A stretch of 63,148 bases of DNA, filler included, from Sluysia triapertura (GCA_046118255.1; 5 parts of 5 records of this genome joined end to end with filler, not necessarily neighbours in it); one strand, 5' to 3'. Positions 25,066 to 39,373 are shown, counted from the first letter of the whole stretch. A program made the numbers and translations. The notes: generated from the letters alone by a model not told the origin.

Positions 25066-28000
25066 TATAGTTGCTATTGTTGAAAAAATTTATTAATTCG
25101 AGAAAGTGTACAAAATGTGAAAATATAGTTGTAAAAATACTTATGTATGTTTCAAGTTTAAGTTTGTTGTAGGTTTATCTGAAAAAATAAATGTTGACAT
25201 ATAATTTTAAAGGATTTTACTCGATCAACCAATTGGATAAAGGATGGCATATTACTGAGTGTCATAGATTGGCATTATATGTTTCCATTCTTCTCCCAAT
25301 CAACAAAGAAAATGCAAAATCGCAATCCTTCATTTGCAAAACTTTTTCACCTTATGTGACATCTCAAGTAATCTTTGTAAACGTTTTGTACTTTTAAATT
25401 AAAATCTTAAAAATTCAAAATAAAAAAGCTTAATCTCGATTATATTTTTAACATATTTCAATAAATAACAAATATCATTTAACAAATATATTTTAACACA
25501 ATAATTTTCAATTACCAACAAACAAAAACTAAACATCTCCAATAAATACTACAGCCAAAAAATCCAATTAAAAAATAATTAATTTAAACATTTTACAAAT
25601 TTATCTCATCACCGTATTTATTTTATTCTTTCACTAATACTTGTTTTATTCTTATTTTACAAATTATAGTACTTATTTATAGTGCTCCAGGTATTCAGGT
25701 ATTCACACTCAATTTTCTAATGGAAAATGTTTACGGTTCTTATTCTTAAACAGATCATTCTTTAAACATTTCAAGCAAATGTTATAGCATTCAAACATTT
25801 TTTATAAAACGTTAATTAAGTTAATCTATTTTTTAGACTTTATCCTATTTTATGCTTAAAGGTGCTATTAAGGTTCTAAAGTTGTTTGGTTCTCAGAGCT
25901 TCTAGCTGTTTTCACTTTCACCACTTTGAGCCCGTTTTCTACTTTTTTATGTTAACTATTAATGTATTAATTTGTCTTTAATATTAGTAACTATGTTTTC
26001 ATTTCTTAAATATTTTAAAATATTATTCCAAATTATTTAAAGGTCTTAAGCGAATATCAAGGTTTCGAAGATTCTTTTTATTTTAAAACGTTTTCAAGCC
26101 AATCTTAAGTTTCCTCAAGAGACTCAACACCTTGTAAGGGTCATTGGAATTCCAAGGTATTCTTCACTTCTCAAAGTGACTTCAGATGTTTTCATCTTTA
26201 TCATTCCAACAATATTTTATTATATTTTGCCCATAATTTTGTATTTGTTTTTCTTGCATTTTCCATTTCCACGTTTTATTCAATCCCAACAGAGTAATTG
26301 CAGAACTAGGTTTAAGACTTGATTATACTGGCATAAGCAAATTGAATATGAAAGAATGTCGCATCCTTAATAGTCTTACATCTTTTTAATTCAATAAAAC
26401 TTATTCCATATTAACATTAAAATCCAAACTGTATAAATCAGAACAAAATTTAAACTTAATTCAATACAATTTATATATTATAATTATACTACTAAAATAA
26501 GCATATTCAATGTATCTTCCAATTAACAATAAATCTTAATAAAAATCTAATATTCAGAACAGTTAAAATATCTATAAACTTTTATCAATAAAAATTAACA
26601 CTAAATAATGAACAACTAGTTTAATAATAATGTTAACACAGTATTTTAATCAATGAACGAATGGTGACGAAACTAAAAAAATTAAAATAAAATTGATGAG
26701 GGAATTTTATCAAAAAATTTTTATTTTCTTTTAAATTTATAAAAATAATTAGTTAAATTAAATCAACAACGGAATTTCCCAAAATAAATGAAAATATTAA
26801 AACCCAAAAACACTTAAGGGAAACAAATAAATTATCACCAAAATAAATGACTAAAAATATTAAAACTTAAAAATAATTTAGCCCTCCCCCAAAAAAATTA
26901 TCATAAAACAGAATAAAATCAGAATTTTAATTTTCTTGATATTTACAACTTCTTTTATCTTAAAATTCCTAAGTATTTCCTTATATACATTCTCATTATC
27001 AAATAATTCCTGAGTTTCATAATCAAACATTCTCTCATAGAAATCATCACAACTTTGTCAAACTTGATTAAGTAGAGAACGCAAAAATTTGATTAATGAT
27101 CAATCCTAATTTTTCTTTATTCTACTCGATTTATTTTTACTTAACAATTACCAGTATGGCTAATATTCATTAAAATAATGAATTTAATTTTATTGCTCTA
27201 GAGCAGTTAATTGTTTATTAATTTTATTAGCAATTATTTGTGTGATACTAACATTTATTTGGGATATTTAACTTCTATTTTAACTGATATTTAGTGTTAT
27301 AATGGATAAATTGTATTATTAGTGATGTTGAGAATATAATCCATTTTGATTTTCTGAGCTTTGAATTTAAAACTTATTAAAGATTTAATTTAAATGATTT
27401 AAAACATTGCAACATTTCCACTTTTGACCATATAATTAATATTTTCTAATGTTCATTTTTGAATCTATATAGAACTAATAAATTTAGAATTTTTAGAATT
27501 ATTACTAAAATAATTGTGTGACTCCGGTATAACAGGATGACCCATGGAGAACTACTAACATGATTTATAATGAGTTGGTTGCCAGCAATGATAAGAGGTT
27601 GCATTATAGTGGAAATTATTATGAATTGAAATGTGATGCGATGAAGTACCTTTGTAAGGTTTAAGAAGTGTAATTCGAGTTGAAGATAGTAATTTACTTA
27701 TGAAAATGCAGACCAAACATAGTAATTTTCTGTTTAAAAAGTACAAAGAATAAATCTTTCAATGAATTCACAGATTATATTACAGCTTATATTTGGTGTT
27801 TCAGTCTACTTGTTCATAACGTATTAGTTGTATTTATTCGAATTTAACTTCAAAATCTTTAACAATTTATTATAATTATCATCGAGTACTTTTAAAATAT
27901 TATAATTAACAGAGTCCATAACTAGGCCAACGCCATCTTATCGAACTATGACTAATTCAAAATGTATAATTAATTTAAAATATGATTATCTCTTACATAA

Positions 28001-28213
28001 ACAAAAAAAGACTTCAAATTAATGTTAAATTGAAAGAAAGTATACTTTAACTCTATTTAATTTTGATTCAGATTTAACTTTCACATATTTTGAATTTGAA
28101 GTAAAATATTTCGAAATGTTTCTCGGAACTTTGGTTTTGAATTTGTATATACATTCTGCCTATGTAAATCTAGATGTGACTTATTTTTTGAATTTAAAAA
28201 TATTAAAATATAT

Positions 28214-29741
28214 AATTTAATTCTCTTGTCAAATAATTTAAGCATTTTGTTATATAACTTAATCTTTTTAGAAATTAATTAGAATATTGATTATAATGCT
28301 TATATATTATTCAATAAAACAAGCGAACATTCATACCTTTTAATAAAAATTACAATAAAAGATATTTATTTAAAAGAACTCATTATTAGTTGCTCTGATT
28401 AAATATTCGCGCATATGCAAAAAATATGAGTTACAATCTTCTCTACTGATATTCAAACTTGATTGCATTATTTTCAATTTTAATTGATCCTCTGTTTGAC
28501 AATTTGCAGATTTTATGATATTTCTCCATTTCGAAAATATACTTCTTCAATTGGATTGTAAGTTGTAGAGAATTCGGTGGAATAAATTTTATTTCATGAT
28601 TATTCTTGACACATATATCAGATTCAAGATATGATTTATGTATAGGTAGGTTATCCATAATGATTCCTCCTCCTAACCGCCACTTCTGGGGAATTGAAAA
28701 AAGAAGAGAAATCAAATAAAAATTTTATTTTTTTCATCATCCAATTGTCTAGTGTGCAAGTATTTTATTCTTCTTCAAGACTTCTGAGACTTGATTCAGT
28801 CCTTCAATGGCTTTAAAATCAAACATGTAGGCTTTTTTATTAATTAGATAGCAGAATAACATTCATTTCTAGAAACACTTACAAGGTCATTATTTGATGA
28901 TTCCTTTTCATCATCATCTAACTTGTCATTTCTTGTAAAAAACCTCTTGAACTGCAGTATTTTCTTTAAGATTTTTTACTTTCAAATTCAAATTCTTCTT
29001 CTAAAATTACATCATCTTCAGTAAAACCTAAGAACCTAAGTTCAGACACGTGATTCACCATGTAGATTTCTTAACTTCAACAAATTTATTTCCTTAAAAC
29101 TTCTTAAACACTCATTTGAGGATTTAAAATCTAGAACTGCCTTTTCTTTTATTATAATTATCCGTAATGATAGCACCTATTTCTTCAAGTCTATCAATCG
29201 ATGCGAACAATTCTTTGTCTAAAACATTAAACTTTTGTGTACAAAATCAGCATTTTGAGTCAAAAAATCCTTGTTTCTTCTGATATCATTGTAGTTCTTC
29301 TCGAAAATTCCTTTTTAAAGTTACCTGATAAAACTTCTGCTCTGTAGTTTCAATGTACTTCGAAATTTCAATTTTTTCAATAAGGACCAATGAAAACTTT
29401 TTCATAAACAATTAATATTAAAACAACGTTATCATGTCAGAAATAAAAATAAATCATTAAAACATTTTTTAAAAATGTGGCAGTTAGCAGAACTGGCAGA
29501 TAGGAGGAGTTTTCTATTATAATTTTTAAAATTCCTAAAAATTTGGCGGTTAGGATGATGAATACTGGATTTGATAAATAATTATTGTAATTTTATTAAA
29601 AAGAATAAATGTTCGCTTATTTTTGAGTTTTTTATTTTATTGAATAATATATAAGAATTATAATTACAATATTCTAATTAATTTCTAAAAAGATAAGTTA
29701 CATGACAAAATGCTTATATTATTTGACAAGTGAATTAAATT
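28214..29741 (-). mobile_element. Tc1/IS630-type element with ~150-bp imperfect TIRs
   Basis: ~28214-28358 is the diverged reverse complement of ~29582-29741. DDE_3-like IMDNLPIHK..KFIPPNSLQL lies at 28443-28660. Confidence 0.7.
28659..29567 (-). mobile_element. Nested, internally deleted pogo/Tigger element
   Basis: TIR core ATTCCTCCTCCTAACCGCCA (28663) vs TGGCGGTTAGGATGATGAATACTG (to 29567). CENP-B-type HTH: LDKELFASID..IITDNYNKEKA..FKSSNECLRSFK..NLHGES (29240-29052). Confidence 0.8.
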
Positions 29742-31407
29742 TATTTTGACAGATATTATCTGTATTATCAAATTAGATACATGTATAATTTGATTGTTTG
29801 GAACATTTTGCATATGACCATCAGAAAAATTTCAATCTGACAAATAAAGGAATAAATTATATGATATTGATTACAAAATCATCAAAAGAAGCATTATATT
29901 TAAGTAACTATTAATTAAATTTTGAATATGTGCAAAACTCATAATTCAGTTTATATGAATAAACATGATTTTAATAACACAGAAATAAAAATTAAAATGT
30001 TGAGTCTTTGAAATTATTAGTAACAATAAATCAATATCAGATTAATTTGCTTAAATTGAATTTCAATATTTAGAATACTCACTATATCAAGTATAAATTA
30101 TCATAGATTTTCTTATTTTAATAATGATATTTATTCAACTCAAAAATTTCGTCTTAATACAAATTAATAATAATAACTCAATAATATAATAATTACAAAA
30201 TCAAATAAAAGTCGTTATTATAAGTTTCTGCTTTAAAAATAATACAAGTGAATTAACTAAATCTCAAAATTAACAATAATTTTCATAATAGTAAGCACAT
30301 AATAATCTATCCAAAGAAACGGGAGTTGACGAAACAAAATCAATTTATTAATATCTAGAAAGTTGAAAGTGATAATAATACTTAAATATTTTCGGATAAT
30401 TTTATTCTAACTTAACAACGATTAAATATTAATTTGGACAGGGATTCTCCAAAAATCAAATTTATCAATATCTAAAAAAAGTCAAAATAATAATAATATT
30501 GCTTAAATATTAAAAATACTTTTATTTCATCTTAGTAACAGAAAAATTATAAAAACTGTGAGATTTTTAAAACTTATCTGAGGTTCTCACGAATAAAAGC
30601 TTATTCCGCTAGTGTTTTCCTTACCCTAGCATGAAAAGTGAGTTCACCAACGTACTAGTCTAAATTGAACCTTTTAAAATTTAATCTGGGTTAAAAAAAT
30701 TAATCGAAATTGACAATAAGTTACATTAAATAACAATAAATATTACAAAAGGTATATATATATACAAACAAGGTGAAAAGGTAATGTAAAATTTTATTTA
30801 TTCTTAACTGCGAGTTCCCTACAATCTTAGACTTACAAACTTAAGGGCTAAGTTGCAGGCAGTATCTTAGAAGAAATTATGGAGGTACTCAATCAGATTC
30901 TCCTCAATAAAATTTGACAATCTCAATGATAAAATAACGTGGAAAAACTTAACAATTGAATTTTAAATGAGGTTGCTTATACTTAATGCAAAAATCAATT
31001 ATACTTTTGTTAGTTCCTTAAAAAATTTAATAAATCCTTCTTGTCTGTTATTTAGGTAGCAAGTTTAGGTAAAGGTTAATCAATTCAAATTATCAAAAAT
31101 TATCGAAAAACTTCAAAAATATTTTGCCTGTATTTTTTGACCGTGTAAAAACGGTGTACCTTAGTTTCTTTTATTAAACTGTTTTGAGATTTTATCGTAA
31201 AAATTACCACCGATTAAAATCAGGGACCTTAGGATTATTCAATGAAATTAAAATCAAGATAAAAAATGTTTATTAAATAAAACGTATGAAATTAGTACAC
31301 AAGATATAAACAAATATATAAAAGATTATAATATAATCGTTTTTTAGTTTTAGCTATTACCACCTTCTTTAAAAAGGGTTTATATAGAAATTTAAGTAAT
31401 TTTTAAT

Positions 31408-31444
31408 CAAACCAGTCAAAATGACTGGTTTGGTAAATCTAGTG
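31408..31444 (-). mobile_element. Solitary piggyBac-like terminus with a perfect 11-bp hairpin
   Basis: The minus strand reads TTAA|CACTAGATTTAC followed by CAAACCAGTCA-TTT-TGACTGGTTTG. The partner end was not found. Confidence 0.4.
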
Positions 31445-32241
31445 TTAAAGATAATGTTTAAATGACTGATTTTGCAATCAATTAAAATAGAACAAACTTA
31501 CAAATATAACTAACGGATTAATATATAACAAATTCGTAGATAGATCCTTGCAGTAAAAATCTCAGTGTAGAAGAATTATCTTGAATTAATCAAAGGTAGT
31601 TACTCCAAAGAATTTCGTTTTATAAACCTCAAGTAAAAGAACTCCAATGGAAAGTCGGCTTTGTAAAAATCTTTTTAAAATCGTGAGACTTGTAAAATTT
31701 TAGTTGTGAAATTTTTGTGTGACTTGTACAATTTTTATACATAAAAAATGGTCACCTTGACCTACATAATATTTAATTTAATTTAAAGAAATAACGATTT
31801 TAAATAAACGATTTTAAATAATAAATAATAAGTAACAATTATAATACCCAACATAAATAAATATTTTTACAATTATTATTTAATTTAATTTTAGAACTAA
31901 GTATTATTTAAAGTATTTATTTTTAGTAATTTTAGTATTAAACATACAATTATGAACATTAAAATCAATAATTTAAATTACAATTATTTTTTGAACATAT
32001 TAAAATTTATTTTTAGAACATATTATTATTAAACGCACACAGTTAGATTATTAGATTCTTTTAACACACAGTTAGTTTATTAGATTTATTAACTTAAATA
32101 TAAATGAAAATATAAAAATGGGGCCAACCCTTGTATGAAATGGATTTTATATTATTACTAATAATAATAATTACTATTATTATTATTTAAATATGTTGGC
32201 ACAATTTGACAATAATTACAATAATTTTAGGATAACCGGTT

Positions 32242-32665
32242 GTGGAATATATTAAGGCATTTGTTTGTGAAAATACAACGCTTGGGCCAACATTTTCGTT
32301 AATGGATGTAGACAAATGTTCTGATACGTATCTAATTTAATTTATTAATCAATATAATCATATTTACCAAGCTAGAGGACATATTTATACAAAAGCTTGT
32401 AAATGTGCAGTAATAATAGTCATAATCGTGAACATAATAGTCATACTTCATTAATTAAGTAACCAACAGTAGCATAATACCTTATAATTGTTATAATGCA
32501 TACGGCACACACAAGATGTTAATTTCTGATCAAGGAGCTAATATGATTAGCGAAATAATGGTAGCATATGCCACCGACAGGGACCTAAAAATAAAATTAT
32601 ATAAAAATAAAAAAGGTGAATCTCTAATAGTTCATAAAAATAGATGTAAAAATTTCAAAGAAATA
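32242..32665 (+). mobile_element. LTR-retroelement debris: envelope-glycoprotein-like fragment plus gypsy integrase fragments
   Basis: KAFVCENTTLGPTFSLMDVDKC..YQ..AC..HNSHTSLI, then YGTHKMLISDQGANMISEIM (rve core, 32501-32560) and LIVHKNRCKNF (end of GPY/F module). Confidence 0.6.
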
Positions 32666-32817
32666 ACTCTTAAGCTTTAAGAAACAATTCTAATAATTCT
32701 GAAAAAAATACACCAAAATGAAATAAATATCAATATTTTATAAGCACCTAATATATCTAAATTAATGACACTTTATATTTTGCATACGTATGATGACATA
32801 GGTAAGGATTAGCACTC

Positions 32818-32908
32818 ATATTGAAGACTGAATGCTTTAATCTAAAATATTGAAGACTGAATGCTTTAATCTAAAATATTGAAGACTGAATGCTTTAATC
32901 TAAAATAT
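32818..32908. repeat. Perfect 29-bp tandem repeat x3
   Basis: TTGAAGACTGAATGCTTTAATCTAAAATA at 32821, 32850 and 32879. Confidence 0.95.
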
Positions 32909-32984
32909 CGTACATAAGGATAAAACCGAAATTATTGTTGATTATAGCTATCTTTATAATATTGTGCCATGTAGTACAATGGAC

Positions 32985-35060
32985 TATCGCAATCTACCAA
33001 TATTACAGGTATCGACCAATACAATATCCTACACAAATTGGACCAACTGATTGCGGACACTAAATATGTGATGCTGCATTACAATAAAAAAGAAATCCTA
33101 ACCTAAGAAACCTTATCACGCCTGACATCCAAGCAATCCGGCAGCTCAAATACAATATCATAGCCCAACAGATCAACACATCTTCAAAAATCAAACTTAA
33201 ACAACCACATCCCTCAATCCATTCCCTGTACAACAAACTCCAAAACGCTAGTGACACCCCGGTAGATTAAATATTCCAATCCATATGTGATGTTATCCAA
33301 CAGATTAAGCCACCCAAATTCTCAAACATTATGGCACAACACAAAAGAAGCTTGCAACGCGAACCGTTACTACCCAGCTTGGACAAGATTTTCGCTGAAA
33401 ACCAAGCCAAAACATTCCATATAATTACTGGAATAGCCAACTCTCTTACCAATCCCACACCAGAGGAAATCTGCCAGTACTGCAGTAGTGGAATAGTACC
33501 AACATTCATGGATTATATGACTATTGATCCCATCCTGGAGATTGATATCCTCCCCAAATAACATTCGAGAATTTAAAGGATGCCGACCTCACTGGTCAAG
33601 TGCTAGCCTTACTTTTTAACAGAATCCTAGTCAACCAAAAGGTCCAGACTGCTTGGAATAACTACAACACTCTACTGATAATCAATCCCAATAAATATGA
33701 CTTGGCGCAAGACGTCGCTTCATGCAGACCTATAGTTATAGTGGATTGCAGCTATAGAGTCTTTGCCAAGATCTTGAATGACTGCTTACTGGCATTGATC
33801 AAAAGTGGCAACCTCGTCAGTACACACCAAGCACAACTTCCTACTTCACTCACTTAGAGAAATAGTGGAGTCGATAAATCACAAGAAATCGAATTACACA
33901 TTGTCTTCCTAGACTTGGCGAATACATTTGATTCGGTTCCGCACATTTATGATATGGCATACACTCTCAAGTATGGGACTCCAACAGCAAACCATGAATA
34001 TCCTGAAGGACCTATACCAAAACAGCAGTATCACTTACAAATGTAATGACATTTAACCAAATCTGTACCGATCATGCATGAAGTGAAACAAGGATGTCCA
34101 TTGTCCATGACACTATTCTGTCTGGCAGTAGACTTAGTATTCCGCCAGTTCACGGATGATGATTACATCGAAATAACTTATGACCTAAAATTTCCTTTAT
34201 ACCTGGCATATGCTGACGACTTAGCCCTCATCGGCAATACTTTCGACAGACTACAACAAATTGCCAACGGAGGTGTCCAAAATTCGAAATCAGCCAACCT
34301 CATATTCCGGCCTACGAAATGCCTCTACTACAACAATATCTCCTACTCGAGATATTCACTACTAATCGAGAATACTCGATTCCCTCTGTCACCAGCGAAA
34401 ACCAAACTCTATATCTTGGCGTTCCATTTGGTGACTATAAACGGCAAAGTATTAATGATTTATTAAACAAGAACATCAAATACAGTGAACTAATCTCGAA
34501 GTCAAAACTGAGTGCCCGGAATAAGTTCCTCATGTATCGGAACTTTGTGCAGTCCAGACTTCCGTTCTATCTAAGGAACCTGAACATCAATGTACAATCC
34601 CTCAGCAATCCCAATCCTAAAAGCACATCCAAATCACTGAGGTATGACAAAAGGATACAAGAACTGCTGAAAGTGTGCCTCGGTCTCAAAAAGTACCCAC
34701 TGATCAGGAACCATGGAGGACTCAGCATATGTGCGTTCAGACTATTCAATAGTCATACACCGATAATACGCACATTGGCACAACCCGGAAGTTATACGGA
34801 TAGCCAACAGCCGGATGAATGGAGATTGTGTGGATCTTATCCAAGCTCTGGCATGGCTCAGTGGAAGTCCTACGGCTAAGCGCGCTAGGTTGCAAACTTG
34901 GTGGCTGAAAATGCGAACTTCTATCAAGAACCTGGAACGAATGTACCGGATCACTGCTTCATTCATCTGCTCTGACAACTACAATGTCCAACTATTCTTG
35001 AAGTCGGATATACTTGGCGGCCACCCAATCATCATTAACCATCCAATAAGTACAAAGTCG
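32985..35060 (+). mobile_element. Frameshifted RT region of an RLE-type non-LTR retrotransposon (NeSL/Utopia-like)
   Basis: LALLFNRIL..AW..TLLI..CRPI..YRVFAKIL; VFLDLANTFDSVPH (33903-33944); VKQGCPLSMTLFCLAVD; LAYADDL; LIFRPTKC; YLGVPFG; HGGL. GC content is visibly higher than the flanks. Both ends are truncated. Confidence 0.88.
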
Positions 35061-35549
35061 ACAAATATTTGTGTGGTAGCCAACCTATTACCTTAATAAA
35101 TTTTATCAAAAATTTATATTACACAATTTCAAAATTCACCAAAAACATTCTTCTTGTACAAGTTTTTGTCAACACAACACTCACTCCCAAAATTAACAAC
35201 TTACATTTCTAAATTCACAATGTAATTCAATATAACTAAAATCATATCCGTTCCAACACCACACAACAAATTTGTTAAATTCGTCACAACCTTTTTTATC
35301 TTTTCACATTCACCAAAATCGACTTCCATTTTTCAAAACATTTCAAAATCTACCATTTATATTCTAAAATCAACATAAAACAATATTAAACTAAATCAAC
35401 ACATTGCACATGAAACCATACTCTCTAACATTTTAACATTCTCATATTTATCTCCTCTACATCCACTAAAACAATTCATCTACTAAAGCCAATTTAAATC
35501 CATGTTCCTAACAGCACAATAGACATGATTACTTAAAAACATCAATAAA

Positions 35550-35645
35550 ATAAACCACATTCTCAACATTGTACAATCACATTTTGAACACACCAAAAGC
35601 TAGACTATAACTTATCTACTTTTCATACACTAAACTGCATTATCT
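35550..35645 (+). repeat. Dispersed C/A-rich repeat, inverted copy at ~55115-55220
   Basis: AAACCACATTCTCAACATTGTA and TAGAyTATAAyTTATCT..CATwCACTAAACT are shared. Confidence 0.65.
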
Positions 35646-35724
35646 GAGCGACGTTATTTGCAATGTGGGGCATTTCAAAGTAATACGTTCTGACAATATT
35701 TTTAATCATCAAGAGAAAATTCGT

Positions 35725-36280
35725 AAAATTAATTTAAATGGTTTAGTATCGGCCGTTTGCGATCTTTTTGAATTAAACAATGAACTTCACATTACTTTCA
35801 ATGACTATCATTTTTTCGCACCTTGATAAGATATTTGAAAGCTACCGAAGAAACAAATGAATGTAATTTGTTAAGAGAGATGACAGAGAGTTTTAATAAA
35901 TTTTCAGTAATTAATCCCTTAACATTATTAAAGGATAAAGCGGTTTTGGAAATGATGGAAAAGAATGAAGATGAACTTAATGATAGTAACGACAATGGCA
36001 TAACATCATCAGACTAATTACAATGTAATTTATTTCAAACTCGCAGGTTATATACAAGTTCTAGTAATGACATTAAAAGGGGAATGTGCCTTTTCAATAC
36101 GGACGAAGAAGGAAATTGAGATATGGTAGCAGTTTAAATACGCCCATACAGTCAATGAACTAGTGATTCCTAATGCTGACTTCGCACAATACTTCTACCA
36201 TTTATTTCGAATCGGAAACGTTTTGAGAACTCTTCGAGTATCAGATCCGAACATGGATAAGGGCAATACAAGCATCAATA
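35725..36280 (+). pseudogene. Possible decayed ACAP/centaurin-beta-like BAR-PH fragment
   Basis: In order and across frameshifts: NGLVSAVCDL, LREMTESFNKFS..LLKDKAV..KNEDE, GYI..SSNDIK..FSIR and RTWIRAIQASI (PH C-terminal helix). Matched by eye only. Confidence 0.4.
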
Positions 36281-36561
36281 ATTTTTGTACTGATGTTAAC
36301 GATATATTTTTTTATTTTATTTTAGGTAGCGAAACGTATGGCACAAGCGGCACATTATTGAAGACAGTATATCTAACAAACATATTTATGTTAAATCAAA
36401 CTTTATGTAATTTTTGTGCATTTTATTGTGTTATAAAATTTAAAATAAATTTCAAATATTTTTATCCTTTTTTTTATTATAATAAAAAGTTAATTTGTAA
36501 TAAAACATTTACAAAACTTAAAAACTCACAACAATATTAAATTTTTACTAACTGTATTTAA

Positions 36562-36765
36562 CCCTTTGAGTGCCAGGAGCGCGATCGCGTTTGTTTGTTA
36601 TTTTCACTTATTATGTTGAAATTATAATATATTATTAAATTTATAAAATTATTTTATGATTTTCGTAATAAAATGCTTAGAAAATTATTCTTTTAATTTT
36701 CATTTTTGTGTAGCATCCTGGCACTTTTAGATAATTCTCTAAAAATCATGTTGGCACTCAAAGGG
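36562..36765. mobile_element. piggyBac-type MITE (204 bp)
   Basis: Perfect 14-bp TIR CCCTTTGAGTGCCA / TGGCACTCAAAGGG. TTAA on the left, TT then the gap on the right. Confidence 0.88.
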
Positions 36766-36767
36766 TT

Positions 36768-36867
36768 NNNNNNNNNNNNNNNNNNNNNNNNNNNNNNNNN
36801 NNNNNNNNNNNTTAATTAATTAANNNNNNNNNNNNNNNNNNNNNNNNNNNNNNNNNNNNNNNNNNNN
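36768..36867. other. Assembly gap with six-frame stop linker
   Basis: 44 N + TTAATTAATTAA + 44 N. Confidence 0.98.
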
Positions 36868-36937
<70 letters not shown>

Positions 36938-39122
36938 TTTATATCAATAATATTAGCAAAAAGTTTCAGTACTTCTCAACTTTAGCCTGAAATATCCAGA
37001 AATCGACACATTAGTACATGATTGGTTACTGTTTTACTGAGGAAAAATGGCCAGTTTCACCTGAGAGCACTAATTTTAACATGTGCTAGTTGCGCGCCCC
37101 AGTCTATGTGACCATTACCAGGTAATTTCCGTGTTGTTACTGATTTGGTAGTCTTTGAAAGATAAGTGAAGTATAAACTATACATATTTATAATTTCTTA
37201 GTGAGTTTAAGATCTTTACTTTTGTAGTGACGCAGACATCTTTTATAGCACAGGTGACACACTTGATGCTAATTTTGATTATGCCTTCTGAATCTTTTCA
37301 TATTTTTTGAGTTGATGAGTTTATAATCAAGTTAGCTATTGTTAGTGAACTATTGTACACGAACGAATATATTATTATTATTACCATAAATATCTTCATG
37401 ATTTTTAATATTATAATCATTTAGTTTTATAATTTTAATTATTTTGATTATTGTTAGTTTTATGATGATGATTATTATTAATATTGTTTAATATTAATTA
37501 TTATTGAATACTTTAATATGTAGTTATGATTCTGGAATGAATTAGAGTATTATTATTAGGTATGGTTTTAAATGCAGTACAGACAGTATTTCGCTTCTCT
37601 AACGCTATATTCTACTTTTCGCAATGATTCTTGGGCATATTCTATTTGAGCTTGCACATTTTATTACCATATACTAATTTTCTACTTTGGAATATAAGAT
37701 TTAGTTGACTAAAATAGTTTGGGTAATAAATTTATTATCAAAATCTCTTAATTAATATATTTATTTTAATTCATTAAAAATAAATCCACTAGATATTCAT
37801 TTTTTAAGTATAAAATAAAATCAATAATTAAATTTTATTTTTGAATAATGAAATAATAATAATGAGATAGTTATATATGAAAATTATTAAATAAATAATA
37901 AATAAATATACAATTTGGAATAAATAATACTTTAATTTCGTATAATAAATAAATAAATAAATAAATAAGCTACATTCATAATCAGACAAACTACAAAAGG
38001 ATGGCTTCAGTTAAATTGCAGAATGGATTCTATCAAATTTACACATTGAAAAATACAATATTAAAAGAATATATTTCAAAATGGTCTATTTGAATAAAAT
38101 GTGTACTAAAAATTTAGCGGAGTATGTTTTTACTGATTTTAAAATAATATATTACCAACCTGATTTTGAATTGAAAATGAAATAACACCATTTACTGAAC
38201 AAGGCAGATATATCGGTTTACCGATTAATCCAATTTCTGTATGAGTAGGTCGAAACACTTCATTTTGAAGTACTTAACAAAAATTTAAACTTCATTTTTA
38301 ATGTATTGTTTTAATATTGTTTTTAATTTACAGTTTTGGAAATAATCACTTGTATTAGGTCTATATTTTAAACATTCATTGTAATTACTCTGTAGGATGC
38401 AAAAAAATTTTTTATAATTAAATTAAAATATAAAATTATGAAACATTAAAATAAAAAATAATATTGGACATTCTCTTTTAAAAAATATTTTAACAATATT
38501 TTAACATTTAACTACAAAATGAACTTGGCTGTAGATTAAATGAAGAAAATATAGCATAGAATGAAATTCAAAAATTTATAGACCATTATATAATGCCAGT
38601 GAAAGATTGTATTTTTTTCTCTGCTCAACAAACAAAAACAGAAAATGTTTTTACAAATAGTAAAATTTTAGAGCACATATGATTTACATAATGATCAATA
38701 TTACAGATATTGATGAAAATTCTGAAATATTATTAGCATTGCTGTTTACTGCAGAACCTACGTAAGAGTGGTAACTAAATCAAAATTTATAAAATTTCTG
38801 ATCATCTAAAATTACATGCAGTTTTTTTCAGTTATATTAATAGAATTTGAGCATTATATCAATATAATATGCATAGATGAACCAATAAATTGAACCAATC
38901 AGTTAGAATTAATTTGATCCCATTTGAGCTATTATGCATCCATATTTACTTTATAAAGCTTTTAATAACTGCGATTTAGTTAATTTTTTGTATCGATCTT
39001 AAGTAAAACAAAGATAAAAATATTAAAACTTTTTAAAAATAATTGAAAGTAATGGATTTTCAACTATTGTGTAATGTGCATGACTATTACAGCTTTATCT
39101 CCGGGTTTATTATACTATATAT

Positions 39123-39373
39123 CAGGAGTGGCCAGACTTTAGCCCGTCAGTAGCCAGCATCATAAAAATCCAAAACTTCGGAAACCGCAAACATGCCAAA
39201 GAAAAATATTTATTAAAATCAGCACAGTAATTAAAAAATTTTTTAAATAGATTTTTTGTATGATTCAAATTTTGAAAAATTTTTACATGTATCAATGATA
39301 AAATTTCGCAATTTTTAAATCTTGGCGAGAGTCGCACTGGGAAGGTCAAAGAGCCGCAGTTTGGCCACCACTG
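39123..39373. mobile_element. hAT (Charlie-like) MITE, 251 bp
   Basis: TIRs CAGGAGTGGCCAGACT / CAGTGGTGGCCAAACT match at 13 of 16 positions, with subterminal GCGGCTC. No 8-bp TSD is recognisable. Confidence 0.7.

Noticed and set aside
38672-38761. Possible SLC4A11 N-terminal exon (..EILLALLFTAEP|GTAAG)
   Set aside because: Only a short resemblance, and no adjoining exons were found.
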